The notes under the pieces were generated by a model. The model saw nothing but the letters and a program-made list of their open reading frames with translations, was not told the origin of the DNA and did no database searches. A stretch of 64,000 nt of DNA from Candidatus Latescibacterota bacterium (GTDB lineage Bacteria > Latescibacterota > UBA2968 > GCA-2709665), in the NCBI GenBank assembly GCA_965116875.1, contig OZ220733.1:3281803-3345802 (forward strand), read 5' to 3'. Below are positions 9,472 to 18,220 of the stretch, piece by piece; within the stretch, counting starts at the first letter, position 1; the number at the start of each line of letters is the position of its first letter. Position numbers and translations under genes: made by a program.

Positions 9472-9821
9472 GCCTTTTGGGTTTTCTTCAACGCCGATCT
9501 GAGATGGTAACCCGCCGCCGCGGCCAGCGCCCCGACAAGGCCTCCGATCAACGCCGTGAGTACAACGAGCAGAGATGGATCCGAAAGGTCGGCAATGCCG
9601 GCAATCTTCGCGGTGAGAATGCCGCCGGATTTCAGATGGATATAGCTGGCGGCGGCCGCCCACAGGATCCCTGCGCCGCTGAAACCCGCGCCCAGCGCTT
9701 TCCACGCTGTGGGCGCCTTCCAGAGACCGGCCGCGAATCCCGCCGCGCCGATTCCCCACCACGGCAGCGCCATGCCGGCGATCAGCCCGAATATGAGGAC
9801 GTATATAGCGGTTGAAATCAT
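9453..9821 (-). CDS. Small hypothetical integral membrane protein
   Basis: 122 aa, Gly/Ala-rich hydrophobic segments (IYVLIFGLIAGMALPWWGIGAAGFAAGLW..., VVLTALIGGLVGALAAAAG). The last codons and stop lie inside repeat copy 1. Confidence 0.5.
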   Translation of the reverse strand: MISTAIYVLIFGLIAGMALPWWGIGAAGFAAGLWKAPTAWKALGAGFSGAGILWAAAASYIHLKSGGILTAKIAGIADLSDPSLLVVLTALIGGLVGALAAAAGYHLRSALKKTQKAVRRER

Positions 9822-9827
9822 AAAGAA

Positions 9828-9950
9828 GCTGTCAGCGGTCAGCCATCAGCCGTCAGCTAAACCGGCTAGCGATACGGATCGGCAATATTCATGGGCGATA
9901 CCCGCGCCCGTATTGGATCTGTAGGGGCGACCGGCCGGTCGTCCGCCGTT
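9828..9950. repeat. Composite repeat, copy A: TCAGC heptamers, then accgg..gcgatacggatcggcaatat, then a near-palindrome gggcgaccggccggtcgtcc
   Basis: Shares its blocks with 15468..15585 (agct.tcagc.gtcagc.atcagc, gcgatacggatcggcaatat, tgtaggggcgaccggccggtcg.ccgcc). Followed at 9955..10045 by another heptamer tract plus the ~70-bp module. Confidence 0.8.
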
Positions 9951-10045
9951 CTACCATCAGCGGTCGGGAAACCAGCGATCAGCCATCAGCCGTCAGCTAA
10001 AGGCGAAAGTCAAGGTCCAAAGCAAACCATCCGCCCGGCCCCGCA

Positions 10046-10371
10046 GACCTCTCTCCCCGGCCCTCTCTCCTAAAGGAAAGAGGGAGAAAGGAAAGGCGTC
10101 GCGTGCCGGTCATCGAAAGACACTCTGATTTTCAAGGAAACGCCGCCGGTTTTTCGCTCTCCTCAGCAATCCGCTTCCATTCGATTCTTGCGAGAGTCCG
10201 ATTGCAGAAGTGACAGACGTCAAAGTTACCGCTACTTCTTCCTTTTTCTCCCTTCCTTCAGGAAGGGGGTCAGGGGGTAGGTCCAGTGAGGTTTCCTCTC
10301 TTGCCGCAGGCAAGGAGGGATAGAATATCGGGCAAGGATATCTTCTCCCGTCTGCCCTCTCCCCTCTCACT
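10046..10371. repeat. 326-bp direct repeat, copy 2
   Basis: See copy 1. Its end supplies the stop codon (10367..10369) of the acylase gene. Confidence 0.9.
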
Positions 10372-12784
10372 GCTTCTTGACCATCGTCAACCGTTCCCCG
10401 ATACGCCCACGGCCGTCTTCCGGTGTTTTCATGAAAAGCAGTTCGTCGAGTTCCCCTCCGACCCATGTGTCGACAAAGTCGTCGTAATGACGGCTGCCGG
10501 GGTTGCCCGATTGGCCGCCCGGATAGACACCCCAGGCCTTTACATCAGGACCGAGGGATACGACCATTCGCCAGCAGGGTCCGTGGCCCCGGTTCGTCGC
10601 ATTGACGATGTCGCGGCCGCCGCCAACGAACAGATCCATACGCGAGAGTTCGGGAATCCTCAACAGATGCCTGATATCCGCGCCTTTGTAGCGTCCCCAT
10701 TTCCATGAATCCCCCATCGGTCCCAGTCTGACGGTCAGTTCCGTGCAGGCGGACTCAAACGTACTGCGGACGAGGTCCGCCAGCGTCTCGACGGGTTCCG
10801 TCGTCGTGTTGTCGTACCACAGCGCGTCTGGCTCGTCGAGGATCAGCCTCGCCGTTCGATCCGCGGAAGGACGTTGCAGACCGGGGCCCGATCCGCTGAA
10901 TTCATCGTCCCAGATTGCCCGGTAGAGTTTTCCCCACCACGTCTGGAAAACGGTTGGGGCGATCTCTTCGGCATTCGCGAAACAGTCCCAGTCCCTCAGC
11001 GTCCGGAGGACTGCCGCGTGATCGGTACTGAGTGACTGTAGATCCAGATACGCCGTCAGTACGGGCAGCAGGGCCCGGGCGCGGGTGTGCTTTGTGTCGA
11101 GCTGCAGTTTTCGGAAGTCGTCCGGTGTGACGTCCTTCATTTCGGCCAGGCGTTCGTTGATTCGACGCGCACGCAAAGGCGACGAATAGCCGTTGGCCAG
11201 CCAATACGGATAGGATTCATCCGCGGGGCGCTGGTTGGCGGAACTGACGAAGCCGCGGTCCGGATTCTTGACGTGCGGTTTGTGGGCGTGGGGTATCCAG
11301 TCCTGCCAATCATGGAGGGGGTCCGATCCGTCTGCGATGAAGGCGCCCTGGCCTTCCCATCTTACCGGGAATCGGCCGTTGTGCCAGATTGCAATATTGC
11401 CCTGTTTGTCGGCGTAGGCGAAATTCTGCCCGGGAGCGGTGAGGTGCGGGAGCGCCGCGACGAAATCGGCGTAGCCGCGCGCGGAATTGAGGCGGTGGCA
11501 TGCCAGCCACTCGTTTCCACCGTCGTGAGCCGTCCAGCGGAACGCATGAAGTTCCGGCACCCGCGAATCGGATGGCCTGTAGCTGGAGTCCCATACAACC
11601 GGTCCGTGATGTGTGTAGCGCACGGTATCGCGAAAGGTCTCGCCGCCACGAACGCTGAATTCTTCGACGACGGTTTCCACCGGAAGCCACCTGCCGCCGT
11701 GGCGATATTCCTGAAGCGTGTCGTCCTTGAACGTGATCTTGTACCAGTCGGTTACGTCCGTTCCCGCGTTCGTGAACCCCCAGGCGATATGCCGGTTGAA
11801 TCCGATAACCACGCCCGGCCCGCCAGGAAGGGATACGCCATACACGTTGACGGTGGGTCCGGCGAGTTGAATCTCGTACCACAGCGACGGCAGAGAAAGG
11901 CCAAGGTGCGGATCGTTCGCCAATATGGGATACCCGCTGGCGGTCCTGGTTCCGGAGACGGCCCAGTTGTTGCTTCCAATCCCGCTGCCTGTTCCCGTGC
12001 CGATCGACCCCCGGATGAGTGACGTATCCGGCCGGATGACTCTTCGGGGCTCGAAGTCCCACGAAGTTTCCCGGGGGATTATTGTGTTGTCGCCGGGTGG
12101 ATACGAAAACAGGTCCCGCACAACCTCCTTGCCGAACCGGTCGAGCGTGTTGTTCATCCTCAGGTCCGAATTCCGGCCGCTCAGTATCCAGGCCATGGAC
12201 TTGATCAGGATCGCGCATTTCAATGGCGTCCAGGGCTCGGGGGCGTAGCCCAGCAGTTTGTACTCAATGGGGAAATCTCTCTTGCGCAGGCTGCTGATGT
12301 AAGCATTGACCCCGCTTGTGTACGCGGTGACGGAAAGCCGGGTTTCCGGCTCGGCCATGATTTCCCTGAGCGTATTCCGTGCGCCGTAAACCAGGCCGAC
12401 CCGCCGCTGGTACCGGTCGCGATCGAGTGCGCCGGCTCCAAGGATCTCCGCAAGGCGCCCGCCCGCCGCGGCAGTCTGAAATTCCATCTGCCAGAGACGA
12501 TCTTTTGCCGTAATGTACCCCTGGGCGAAAAACAGGTCCCGGTCGTTCTTTGCGAAGATATGCGGCACCCGGCGTTCGTCATAGAGGACCGTGACGGGTT
12601 CGAGCAGTCCCTCGAGCCGCAGTTCGCCGTCCGCCGGCGGGTCGTGCGTTTCGGTATTCTGCCAGAAACCGTGGAATGGACTCAGGAATCTACCCGCGGC
12701 GGGAAACCCGCCCATTCGGGCATCCAGAGCCAGAACGACGATCACGGTTATGCCGGCCGAAGCGATGAATTTGATTAAAGGCAT
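10367..12784 (-). CDS. Penicillin amidase / acyl-homoserine-lactone acylase family Ntn-hydrolase
   Basis: 805 aa. Hydrophobic N-terminus (signal or anchor). GSNNWAVSGTRTASGYPILANDPHL is the typical beta-subunit start with the Ser nucleophile. Confidence 0.85.
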   Translation of the reverse strand: MPLIKFIASAGITVIVVLALDARMGGFPAAGRFLSPFHGFWQNTETHDPPADGELRLEGLLEPVTVLYDERRVPHIFAKNDRDLFFAQGYITAKDRLWQMEFQTAAAGGRLAEILGAGALDRDRYQRRVGLVYGARNTLREIMAEPETRLSVTAYTSGVNAYISSLRKRDFPIEYKLLGYAPEPWTPLKCAILIKSMAWILSGRNSDLRMNNTLDRFGKEVVRDLFSYPPGDNTIIPRETSWDFEPRRVIRPDTSLIRGSIGTGTGSGIGSNNWAVSGTRTASGYPILANDPHLGLSLPSLWYEIQLAGPTVNVYGVSLPGGPGVVIGFNRHIAWGFTNAGTDVTDWYKITFKDDTLQEYRHGGRWLPVETVVEEFSVRGGETFRDTVRYTHHGPVVWDSSYRPSDSRVPELHAFRWTAHDGGNEWLACHRLNSARGYADFVAALPHLTAPGQNFAYADKQGNIAIWHNGRFPVRWEGQGAFIADGSDPLHDWQDWIPHAHKPHVKNPDRGFVSSANQRPADESYPYWLANGYSSPLRARRINERLAEMKDVTPDDFRKLQLDTKHTRARALLPVLTAYLDLQSLSTDHAAVLRTLRDWDCFANAEEIAPTVFQTWWGKLYRAIWDDEFSGSGPGLQRPSADRTARLILDEPDALWYDNTTTEPVETLADLVRSTFESACTELTVRLGPMGDSWKWGRYKGADIRHLLRIPELSRMDLFVGGGRDIVNATNRGHGPCWRMVVSLGPDVKAWGVYPGGQSGNPGSRHYDDFVDTWVGGELDELLFMKTPEDGRGRIGERLTMVKKQ

Positions 12785-12797
12785 AAGGCTGAAAACC

Positions 12798-12925
12798 GGT
12801 GAGACGTGAGCCGGGAGACGGGAGAGATTACCTGCCTTGTGAGGTTTCTTCTCGTGCCGGAGGCAAGGATTGATAAGATGTCGGGCAAGGATTTCTTCTC
12901 CCGTCTAACCTCTACCTTCTCACCG
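12798..12925. repeat. MITE/REP-like hairpin element, copy E4, followed by the 16-bp palindrome gcgaccggccggtcgc (12933..12948)
   Basis: Ends are inverted: ggtgagacgtgagccgggagacgggagag ... cttctcccgtctaacctctaccttctcacc. The core gtgaggtttcttctcgtgccggaggcaag...tcgggcaaggatttcttct is shared with E1 and the E2/E3 copies. Confidence 0.75.
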
Positions 12926-12985
12926 CCTTTTGGCGACCGGCCGGTCGCACGACCGTCAGATACTTCCTTCGCGCAGGTTGGTGGC

Positions 12986-13441
12986 TTACCCGGATCGACC
13001 GTCCTGTACCGGAATCCCCTTTGACTCCGCGAATGCCGTGACCGCCTCGATAATCTGCGGTTTGATGATCTGGTTGTCGCTATAACTCATTCCACCGAAG
13101 TTTATATCCACGCGTTTACCGTTGGCGAGGATGAATTCGGCCTTCTTCGCCTTGAGATGAATCTCCTCGATGGAAGCCGAGGGGAGGTTGTGGTGCCGAA
13201 ATAAGCCTCTTTCGATTTCCAGACTTGCACCCTTAAATGCTATGACATGCTTGTCCATCCGTTGTACGAGGCCGACAGAAATCAAGATAATCAGACCCCC
13301 AACAGATTGAATGGCGCCTAATGTGGTGCTATTTTCGAAACTGAAGAGGCCCATAACGATGAATATTACGCCCATTGCTGTCTGGACCACGAGAAATGCG
13401 CGCGTCACGGGTACGGTAAGGTCAAACGTCCGCTCTTCCAT
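12986..13441 (-). CDS. Hypothetical small membrane protein, paralogue 1 (two TM helices plus a PH-like soluble domain?)
   Basis: Track ORF 12986..13633 trimmed to MEERTFDLTVPVTRAFLVV.... It aligns with the 15523..15936 product (MESRTFDLSVPVSRLLL..., HVIAFKGASLEIERGL vs YVIAFDVSHLTLDRAL, SIEEIHL vs SISEIEIHL). The start could be further upstream. Confidence 0.5.
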   Translation of the reverse strand: MEERTFDLTVPVTRAFLVVQTAMGVIFIVMGLFSFENSTTLGAIQSVGGLIILISVGLVQRMDKHVIAFKGASLEIERGLFRHHNLPSASIEEIHLKAKKAEFILANGKRVDINFGGMSYSDNQIIKPQIIEAVTAFAESKGIPVQDGRSG

Positions 13442-13742
13442 GGAGTCGTCCTCCTTTTCGGTACGAACTGTGGGGAACTGATCATGTGGGTCCAGGCGCG
13501 ATACGATGTCGATCCACTCGTTGTCCGGAGCCAGGGCTGCTTCAGCCCGGACACATCGGATGCGATCTACCGGATAATATAAGCCCGTAGTCCACAAAGC
13601 GAGAACCAAAGATTCAGCGGCTGTCGCACTCAAATGGCCCGTGTAAGGTAAGTTATCTTTCTCGATCCACGCTTCGTACCTATATTGTGGGATCGTAAGG
13701 CGACGCTCGGGCTCAGATCACGAACTTTCTGAAAAGACACCC

Positions 13743-14648
13743 ATGAAATACCGGTTTTACATCCTGGATGTTTTCACCCGGACGGCATTCGGGGGAAATC
13801 AACTCGCGGTTTTGCCGGACGCGAGGAGTCTCAGCGCGGACGGCATGCAGAAGGTCGCTCGCGAGTTCAATTTTTCGGAAACCACGTTCGTATTTCCGCC
13901 CGAAAGCGATTCCGCGACAGCCCGGGTGCGAATTTTTACGCCTGCGGCCGAGGTGGATTTTGCAGGCCATCCCACCGTCGGAACGGCATGCGCCCTCCGC
14001 TATGGGGGCCATACGGATTCGGATCTCATTGTTCTGGAAGAAAACGTCGGTTGCATTCCCGTGAGGATCTCGAATGAGGACGGCGTATTGTACGGCACCC
14101 TGACCAGCGATGCGCCCCTCGATTACTCAGCGGAAGGAACCTCGACCGCGACCCTTGCGGAAATCCTTTCCCTCGACAGGGACGACGTCCTCGACGGGTT
14201 CTTCGCGGGCGTTGGACTGGACTTCTGTTTTGCGTACCTGGTGTCGAAAGTGGCCGTTGACCGCGCATCGTTGGACAAACAGGCGTGGGGCAGACTGCTT
14301 TCCGATGCACGGTCTTCGGATATCTATTTCTTCGCGGGTGAACTGGAATCCGGAGCGGAGATCTACGCGAGAATGTCTGCGCCCTCACATGGGATTGACG
14401 AGGACCCGGCCACGGGCAGCGCGGTTGCGGCACTGGTGGGCGTTGCGGGACTGAGAAGCGGGATCCAATCGGGCGCGGTGGAATTGTCGGTAACGCAGGG
14501 CGTGAAGATGGGCCGCCCCAGCAGGATGGACGCGGCAGCCCGGCTGCGTAACGGAAACGTTGTTTCCGTCGACGTGGGCGGTTCTGCCGTATTGACCGCT
14601 GCGGGTGAGATCGAGGTCGGTGACGAATGGCTTCAGGACGAGAGGTGA
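13743..14648 (+). CDS. PhzF-family isomerase-like protein
   Basis: 301 aa. [27 protein letters not shown] and [19 protein letters not shown] are typical PhzF-family motifs. Confidence 0.85.
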   Translation: MKYRFYILDVFTRTAFGGNQLAVLPDARSLSADGMQKVAREFNFSETTFVFPPESDSATARVRIFTPAAEVDFAGHPTVGTACALRYGGHTDSDLIVLEENVGCIPVRISNEDGVLYGTLTSDAPLDYSAEGTSTATLAEILSLDRDDVLDGFFAGVGLDFCFAYLVSKVAVDRASLDKQAWGRLLSDARSSDIYFFAGELESGAEIYARMSAPSHGIDEDPATGSAVAALVGVAGLRSGIQSGAVELSVTQGVKMGRPSRMDAAARLRNGNVVSVDVGGSAVLTAAGEIEVGDEWLQDER

Positions 14649-14655
14649 TTGGGTG

Positions 14656-15414
14656 ATGCGGATCCTGATCGTCGACGGATGGACCCAGGAAGGAAACCTG
14701 TCCCATGCACACGCCGGGGTGGAGGAGCAGGCTCGTGTCTTCGAGGCGCTGGTTCGGGAATGCCGGCCAGAAGCGGAGATTCGGATCGTCGATACGCACG
14801 TTGACTCAGAACAGTCGGACCAGGATTTCAGTGGGTTCGACGCGGCGATCTGGACGGGCGGGGGCGGCAATATCTACGAAAACGTTCCGTTCAATCGCCG
14901 CCAGCTCGCGTTGGGCGAACGTGTGCTGGCTGACGTGCCCCACGTCTGGGGAAGCTGCTGGGGGTTTCAGGTCATCACAACCGTCTGCGGCGGGGAGGTG
15001 GCGCCCGCCCGGACACCGGAGATCGGCATCGCAAGAGGTATCTCAACTCGATCGCTGGATTTCGCCGAGACCATGTATCGCGGCAAGCCGCGGCCATTCG
15101 ATGCGCCAGCCCATCATTTCGACGAAACCGCCCGGCTGCCGCGGGAGTTCGAGATTGTCGCTGAAAATGCGACAACGCTGCAGGCCGTCGTATCAAAGGA
15201 CCGTCGCATCACATGCACGCAATACCATCCCGAACTGCCCTATGACTACATTGGCAAGCTCATGCTGCACTGGGCGCCGAATTACACGTCGATGTTCGCG
15301 GAGGATGACTTCCGGAACCTGCTGGCGGGTTTGAAGAAGAAAGAGAAGGAAGAAAAAAGCTTCAGGAAGATCGAATTCAGAAACTGGCTTGAATACGTGA
15401 GGAGGAGCAGGTAA
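14656..15414 (+). CDS. Class I glutamine amidotransferase-like protein
   Basis: Track ORF 14605..15414 trimmed to ATG 14656 (MRILIVDG...). GSCWGFQVI looks like the nucleophile-Cys elbow. Weakly supported beyond fold level. Confidence 0.6.
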   Translation: MRILIVDGWTQEGNLSHAHAGVEEQARVFEALVRECRPEAEIRIVDTHVDSEQSDQDFSGFDAAIWTGGGGNIYENVPFNRRQLALGERVLADVPHVWGSCWGFQVITTVCGGEVAPARTPEIGIARGISTRSLDFAETMYRGKPRPFDAPAHHFDETARLPREFEIVAENATTLQAVVSKDRRITCTQYHPELPYDYIGKLMLHWAPNYTSMFAEDDFRNLLAGLKKKEKEEKSFRKIEFRNWLEYVRRSR

Positions 15415-15467
15415 GGTCGCTTGATTCAGAAACCGGAAAAGGACCTCTCTCGTAGCCCCATTGAGGG

Positions 15468-15585
15468 AGCTATCAGCTGTCAGCAATCAGCTTGAACCGG
15501 TCTGCGATACGGATCGGCAATATCAATCACCGAAATTCTGTCCCTGTGTGGGAATTGTAGGGGCGACCGGCCGGTCGCCCGCCTT
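15468..15585. repeat. Composite repeat, copy B, containing the perfect 20-bp palindrome gggcgaccggccggtcgccc (15561..15580)
   Basis: Block-wise identity to 9828..9950 (see that entry). Overlaps the 3' end of CDS 15523..15936. Confidence 0.8.
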
Positions 15586-15936
15586 GTAGCACGATCGTTT
15601 CACGTTCTTCCCATCCTTGAGCACAATCTCCAATTTCATCAGATGTATTTCTATTTCAGAAATTGACGCCCAGGGGATTTTTCGCGTCCTGACGAGCGCT
15701 CTGTCCAAAGTCAAATGCGAAACGTCAAACGCAATCACATACCGGTTCAGGCGAGGCAATACGAAAAACGAAGAGCAAAAAAACAAACCGAAGGCGATCT
15801 GTACGACGCCCAGCACGCCGTCACCCCGCTCAATGCTGAAGGCGCCACTGGCAACCTGGATTGCGCTAAAAACGCTCCAACATGCTAATAATAATCGGGA
15901 TACGGGTACGGAAAGATCGAAGGTTCGTGATTCCAT
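15523..15936 (-). CDS. Hypothetical small membrane protein, paralogue 2. Its C-terminus is encoded by the repeat element.
   Basis: Track ORF 15523..15996 trimmed to MESRTFDL. The last ~20 residues (CYKAGDRPVAPTIPTQGQNFGD) are the translation of repeat copy B, including the palindrome. Confidence 0.5.
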   Translation of the reverse strand: MESRTFDLSVPVSRLLLACWSVFSAIQVASGAFSIERGDGVLGVVQIAFGLFFCSSFFVLPRLNRYVIAFDVSHLTLDRALVRTRKIPWASISEIEIHLMKLEIVLKDGKNVKRSCYKAGDRPVAPTIPTQGQNFGD

Positions 15937-16475
15937 GACTATGTAGTCCTCTTCCGCGCGGTGATTCAGCCAGATGCGACCACGGCTGGTCGCCAAGCGA
16001 ATTTCTTGGCCGGGATTGAACTGAGTCGTGCCCTATGAGAGTCCATAGACTCGGCCGATACCAAAATAAGTGGAAGAGATCGAACTGAGAGCCAGATATT
16101 GTGTGGTCGGCTTCGGGCAAGAGCTGATTCGTGAAAACGCTACAATGGGATAAGAAAGAAAACGGTCCGGAGGACTCGCATTGAGTTTTGGATCGTTTGA
16201 TAGAGTGACAAACGCCTTCGAATCATTTCGACAGCTGGGTCTATACCTACTGCGCTACTATGGTAGTGTGCTCCGCTCTCAAGGGTCAATTGGGTTGAAA
16301 TCTTCGTGCTGTGTGCGAAAACTTGACAACCGCTGGTCGGCATCATATCTTCAGTTAAATTACAACAGATAACGGAACTTACAAGCATGCAACAGGCCTA
16401 GTTCGGAAAAATCTAAGGCTTGTGCGTTACGATTGGTATGCAGATGTCCCGATTTGCATTGGATGGAGGATTAGT

Positions 16476-17567
16476 ATGAGCGACCAAGATGAACAACTAA
16501 TCCAACACATCGTGGATATTCGCAATAGACTTAGTCAGGGCGAATACGACAGTGAGGCGGCCGTTAGTAACGGTGTTGTCAAGCGGCTGCTCGAGGCGGT
16601 CGGTTGGCCACGGTATGATCAGCAGGTCGTGCGCCATGAGTTCCCGATTGAAACCAGAAAGGTCGACTTCGCGCTCTGTGACCCACCCGGTGAGCCTCGT
16701 GTCTTGATAGAAGTGAAGGCAGTGGGTTCGGCCGATCAGAAAGGAGAAGACCAACTCTTCCAATATTGCTTTCGTAGAGGTGTAAAACTAGCAATCCTCA
16801 CGGACGGACGCACCTGGAAGTTCTATTTTCCGTACGGCGGAGGAGAATATAGTGATAGGCTGTTTCGCAGTTTGGACATTGCTGCCGAGGACGATACCAC
16901 AACTGCTGAGACGTTTATGTGGTTTCTCGCCATCGATGCTGTCAAGTCGGGTGTCACATTTGATAGATGTGAGGAGGCGTATGCAGAATGCCAGTCTCAG
17001 CGCAGAGCGGCCGAAGCATTTGGTTCTGTATGGAATTCCCTGCTTTGTGGATCCGATAAAGGACTCGTGGACATATTTGCCAGAAAAGTCGAAGAAGACA
17101 CTGGAATTCGACCGAAACAACAAACGGTTGTCGAGTTTATAAGGAGGCAAGCCACACAACGATCTGCGGAAACGCACGAATTGACGGGCGGCCCTTCCCA
17201 AAGTGAAACCAGCACAATCCCCTCCTCTCCGTTTTATCGTCTGAACGGTATCACGGTAAATGGTCGGACTGCAAGGGATGTCTATGTCGGAATCTTTCGG
17301 AAATTTGCAGAACAAGACACCAACTTCTGCCAGCGTTATGATAGCACTCAAAAAAAGGGTGGCAAGCGTCTCCAACTTGCGAGGCGCGCGGAGGACCTGT
17401 ATCCTGCGGGTTCTAAGTTAGCCCAAAAGGAAGCCTGCGAATTGCCAGGCGGATGGTGGCTGGCGACCAATCTCGATAACGATCAGAAGAAGAAGCGAAT
17501 TCAACGTGCATGCGACGTGATGGGAATTAAGTACGGACGCGAATTAATCGTTTCCCTATCCAAATAG
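16476..17567 (+). CDS. PD-(D/E)xK nuclease-fold protein (type I restriction R-subunit N-terminal-like domain) with an uncharacterised C-terminal half
   Basis: Track ORF 16422..17567; likely ATG at 16476 (MSDQDEQ). SEAAVSNGVVKRLLEAVGW...RKVDFAL...PRVLIEVKAVG...GEDQLFQY...LAILTDGRTWKFY matches the HSDR_N-type D...ExK pattern from memory. Confidence 0.6.
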   Translation: MSDQDEQLIQHIVDIRNRLSQGEYDSEAAVSNGVVKRLLEAVGWPRYDQQVVRHEFPIETRKVDFALCDPPGEPRVLIEVKAVGSADQKGEDQLFQYCFRRGVKLAILTDGRTWKFYFPYGGGEYSDRLFRSLDIAAEDDTTTAETFMWFLAIDAVKSGVTFDRCEEAYAECQSQRRAAEAFGSVWNSLLCGSDKGLVDIFARKVEEDTGIRPKQQTVVEFIRRQATQRSAETHELTGGPSQSETSTIPSSPFYRLNGITVNGRTARDVYVGIFRKFAEQDTNFCQRYDSTQKKGGKRLQLARRAEDLYPAGSKLAQKEACELPGGWWLATNLDNDQKKKRIQRACDVMGIKYGRELIVSLSK

Positions 17568-17665
17568 CTTCTGAGCAGATCTGTGCGCCTGGCAAACGGT
17601 TCTTGCTAAAGGACCATTCTGATTCACTTTACTCAGGTCACGACTCGTGCAGCGAATCGTCAACG

Positions 17666-18130
17666 ATGAATCTCAGATTCTATGTGGACCCTGAAACAGG
17701 TTCCATTCACATTTACAGACATGGTGTCGAGGAACGTGAAGTCGAAGACGCAATTAGGGTGCGGGGCGAAGTCCGACCTAGAGGGGAGGGATCGCGCGTT
17801 GCAATTGGACGGACTCGCGGAGTCGATATCTCCGACCGATCGATGCGCCGGGACCCCGAACCAAACTGTGCTTATGTCATTACCGCCTACGAGTTGATAG
17901 GTAAACGGCTAATTGCTCTATCGCAGGCGGATGAGAAGGCGAGAAAGATGAGGAACGCCAACAGGTTTCCGGATCGTTGGGACGAGGACCGTGTCCGACG
18001 CCTTCTGGATCATTACGAATCACAGACAGAAGACGAGACAGCGGCGGAAGATGAAGCGGTATTGGAGGATCCAGACAAGACGCTGATGGAAATACCCAAG
18101 AAAATCAGCAAGAATCCAAAAATGACTTAA
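17666..18130 (+). CDS. Degenerate toxin-antitoxin fusion ORF (small toxin-like N-half, antitoxin-like C-half with a replaced C-terminus)
   Basis: MNLRFYVDPETGSIHIYRHGVEEREVEDA...CAYVITAYELIGK resembles a small TA toxin family; I cannot name the family securely. It continues in frame into MRNANRFPDRWDEDRVRRLLDHYESQTEDETAAEDEAVLEDP..., which is homologous to the 26068..26268 product. Confidence 0.45.
   Translation: MNLRFYVDPETGSIHIYRHGVEEREVEDAIRVRGEVRPRGEGSRVAIGRTRGVDISDRSMRRDPEPNCAYVITAYELIGKRLIALSQADEKARKMRNANRFPDRWDEDRVRRLLDHYESQTEDETAAEDEAVLEDPDKTLMEIPKKISKNPKMT
17978..18100. repeat. 123-bp imperfect direct repeat, left copy (inside the antitoxin-like coding sequence)
   Basis: Manual alignment to 26098..26220 gives 109/123 identical, no indels, including a 32-bp identical run cattacgaatcacagacagaagacgagacagc. 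Confidence 0.9.
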
Positions 18131-18177
18131 AAATCCCGGCACCTTGCATTGCGAAATGAACTCCCCGATCAGTAAGG

Positions 18178-18220
18178 CAAACCGCTCAGTCACAATTAAG
18201 TGACTGAGCGGTTTGTTTTT
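18178..18220 (+). terminator. Rho-independent terminator
   Basis: Perfect 16-bp stem caaaccgctcagtcac / gtgactgagcggtttg, 6-nt loop aattaa, then TTTTT. Lies 48 nt downstream of the 17666..18130 stop. Confidence 0.75.

Noticed and set aside
8493-10073. Track ORFs reading through the repeat mosaic (e.g. 8493..9173, 8746..8937, 9709..9924, 9891..10073)
   Set aside because: Their peptides (SAVSHQPSA..., LSPALL...) are simply translations of the TCAGC heptamers and the repeat modules. There is no start or RBS context, and the same peptides recur wherever the repeat recurs.
10110-10466. ORF of 118 aa inside the 326-bp repeat, copy 2
   Set aside because: Low-complexity translation. The equivalent frame is not open in copy 1. 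It overlaps the acylase 3' end.
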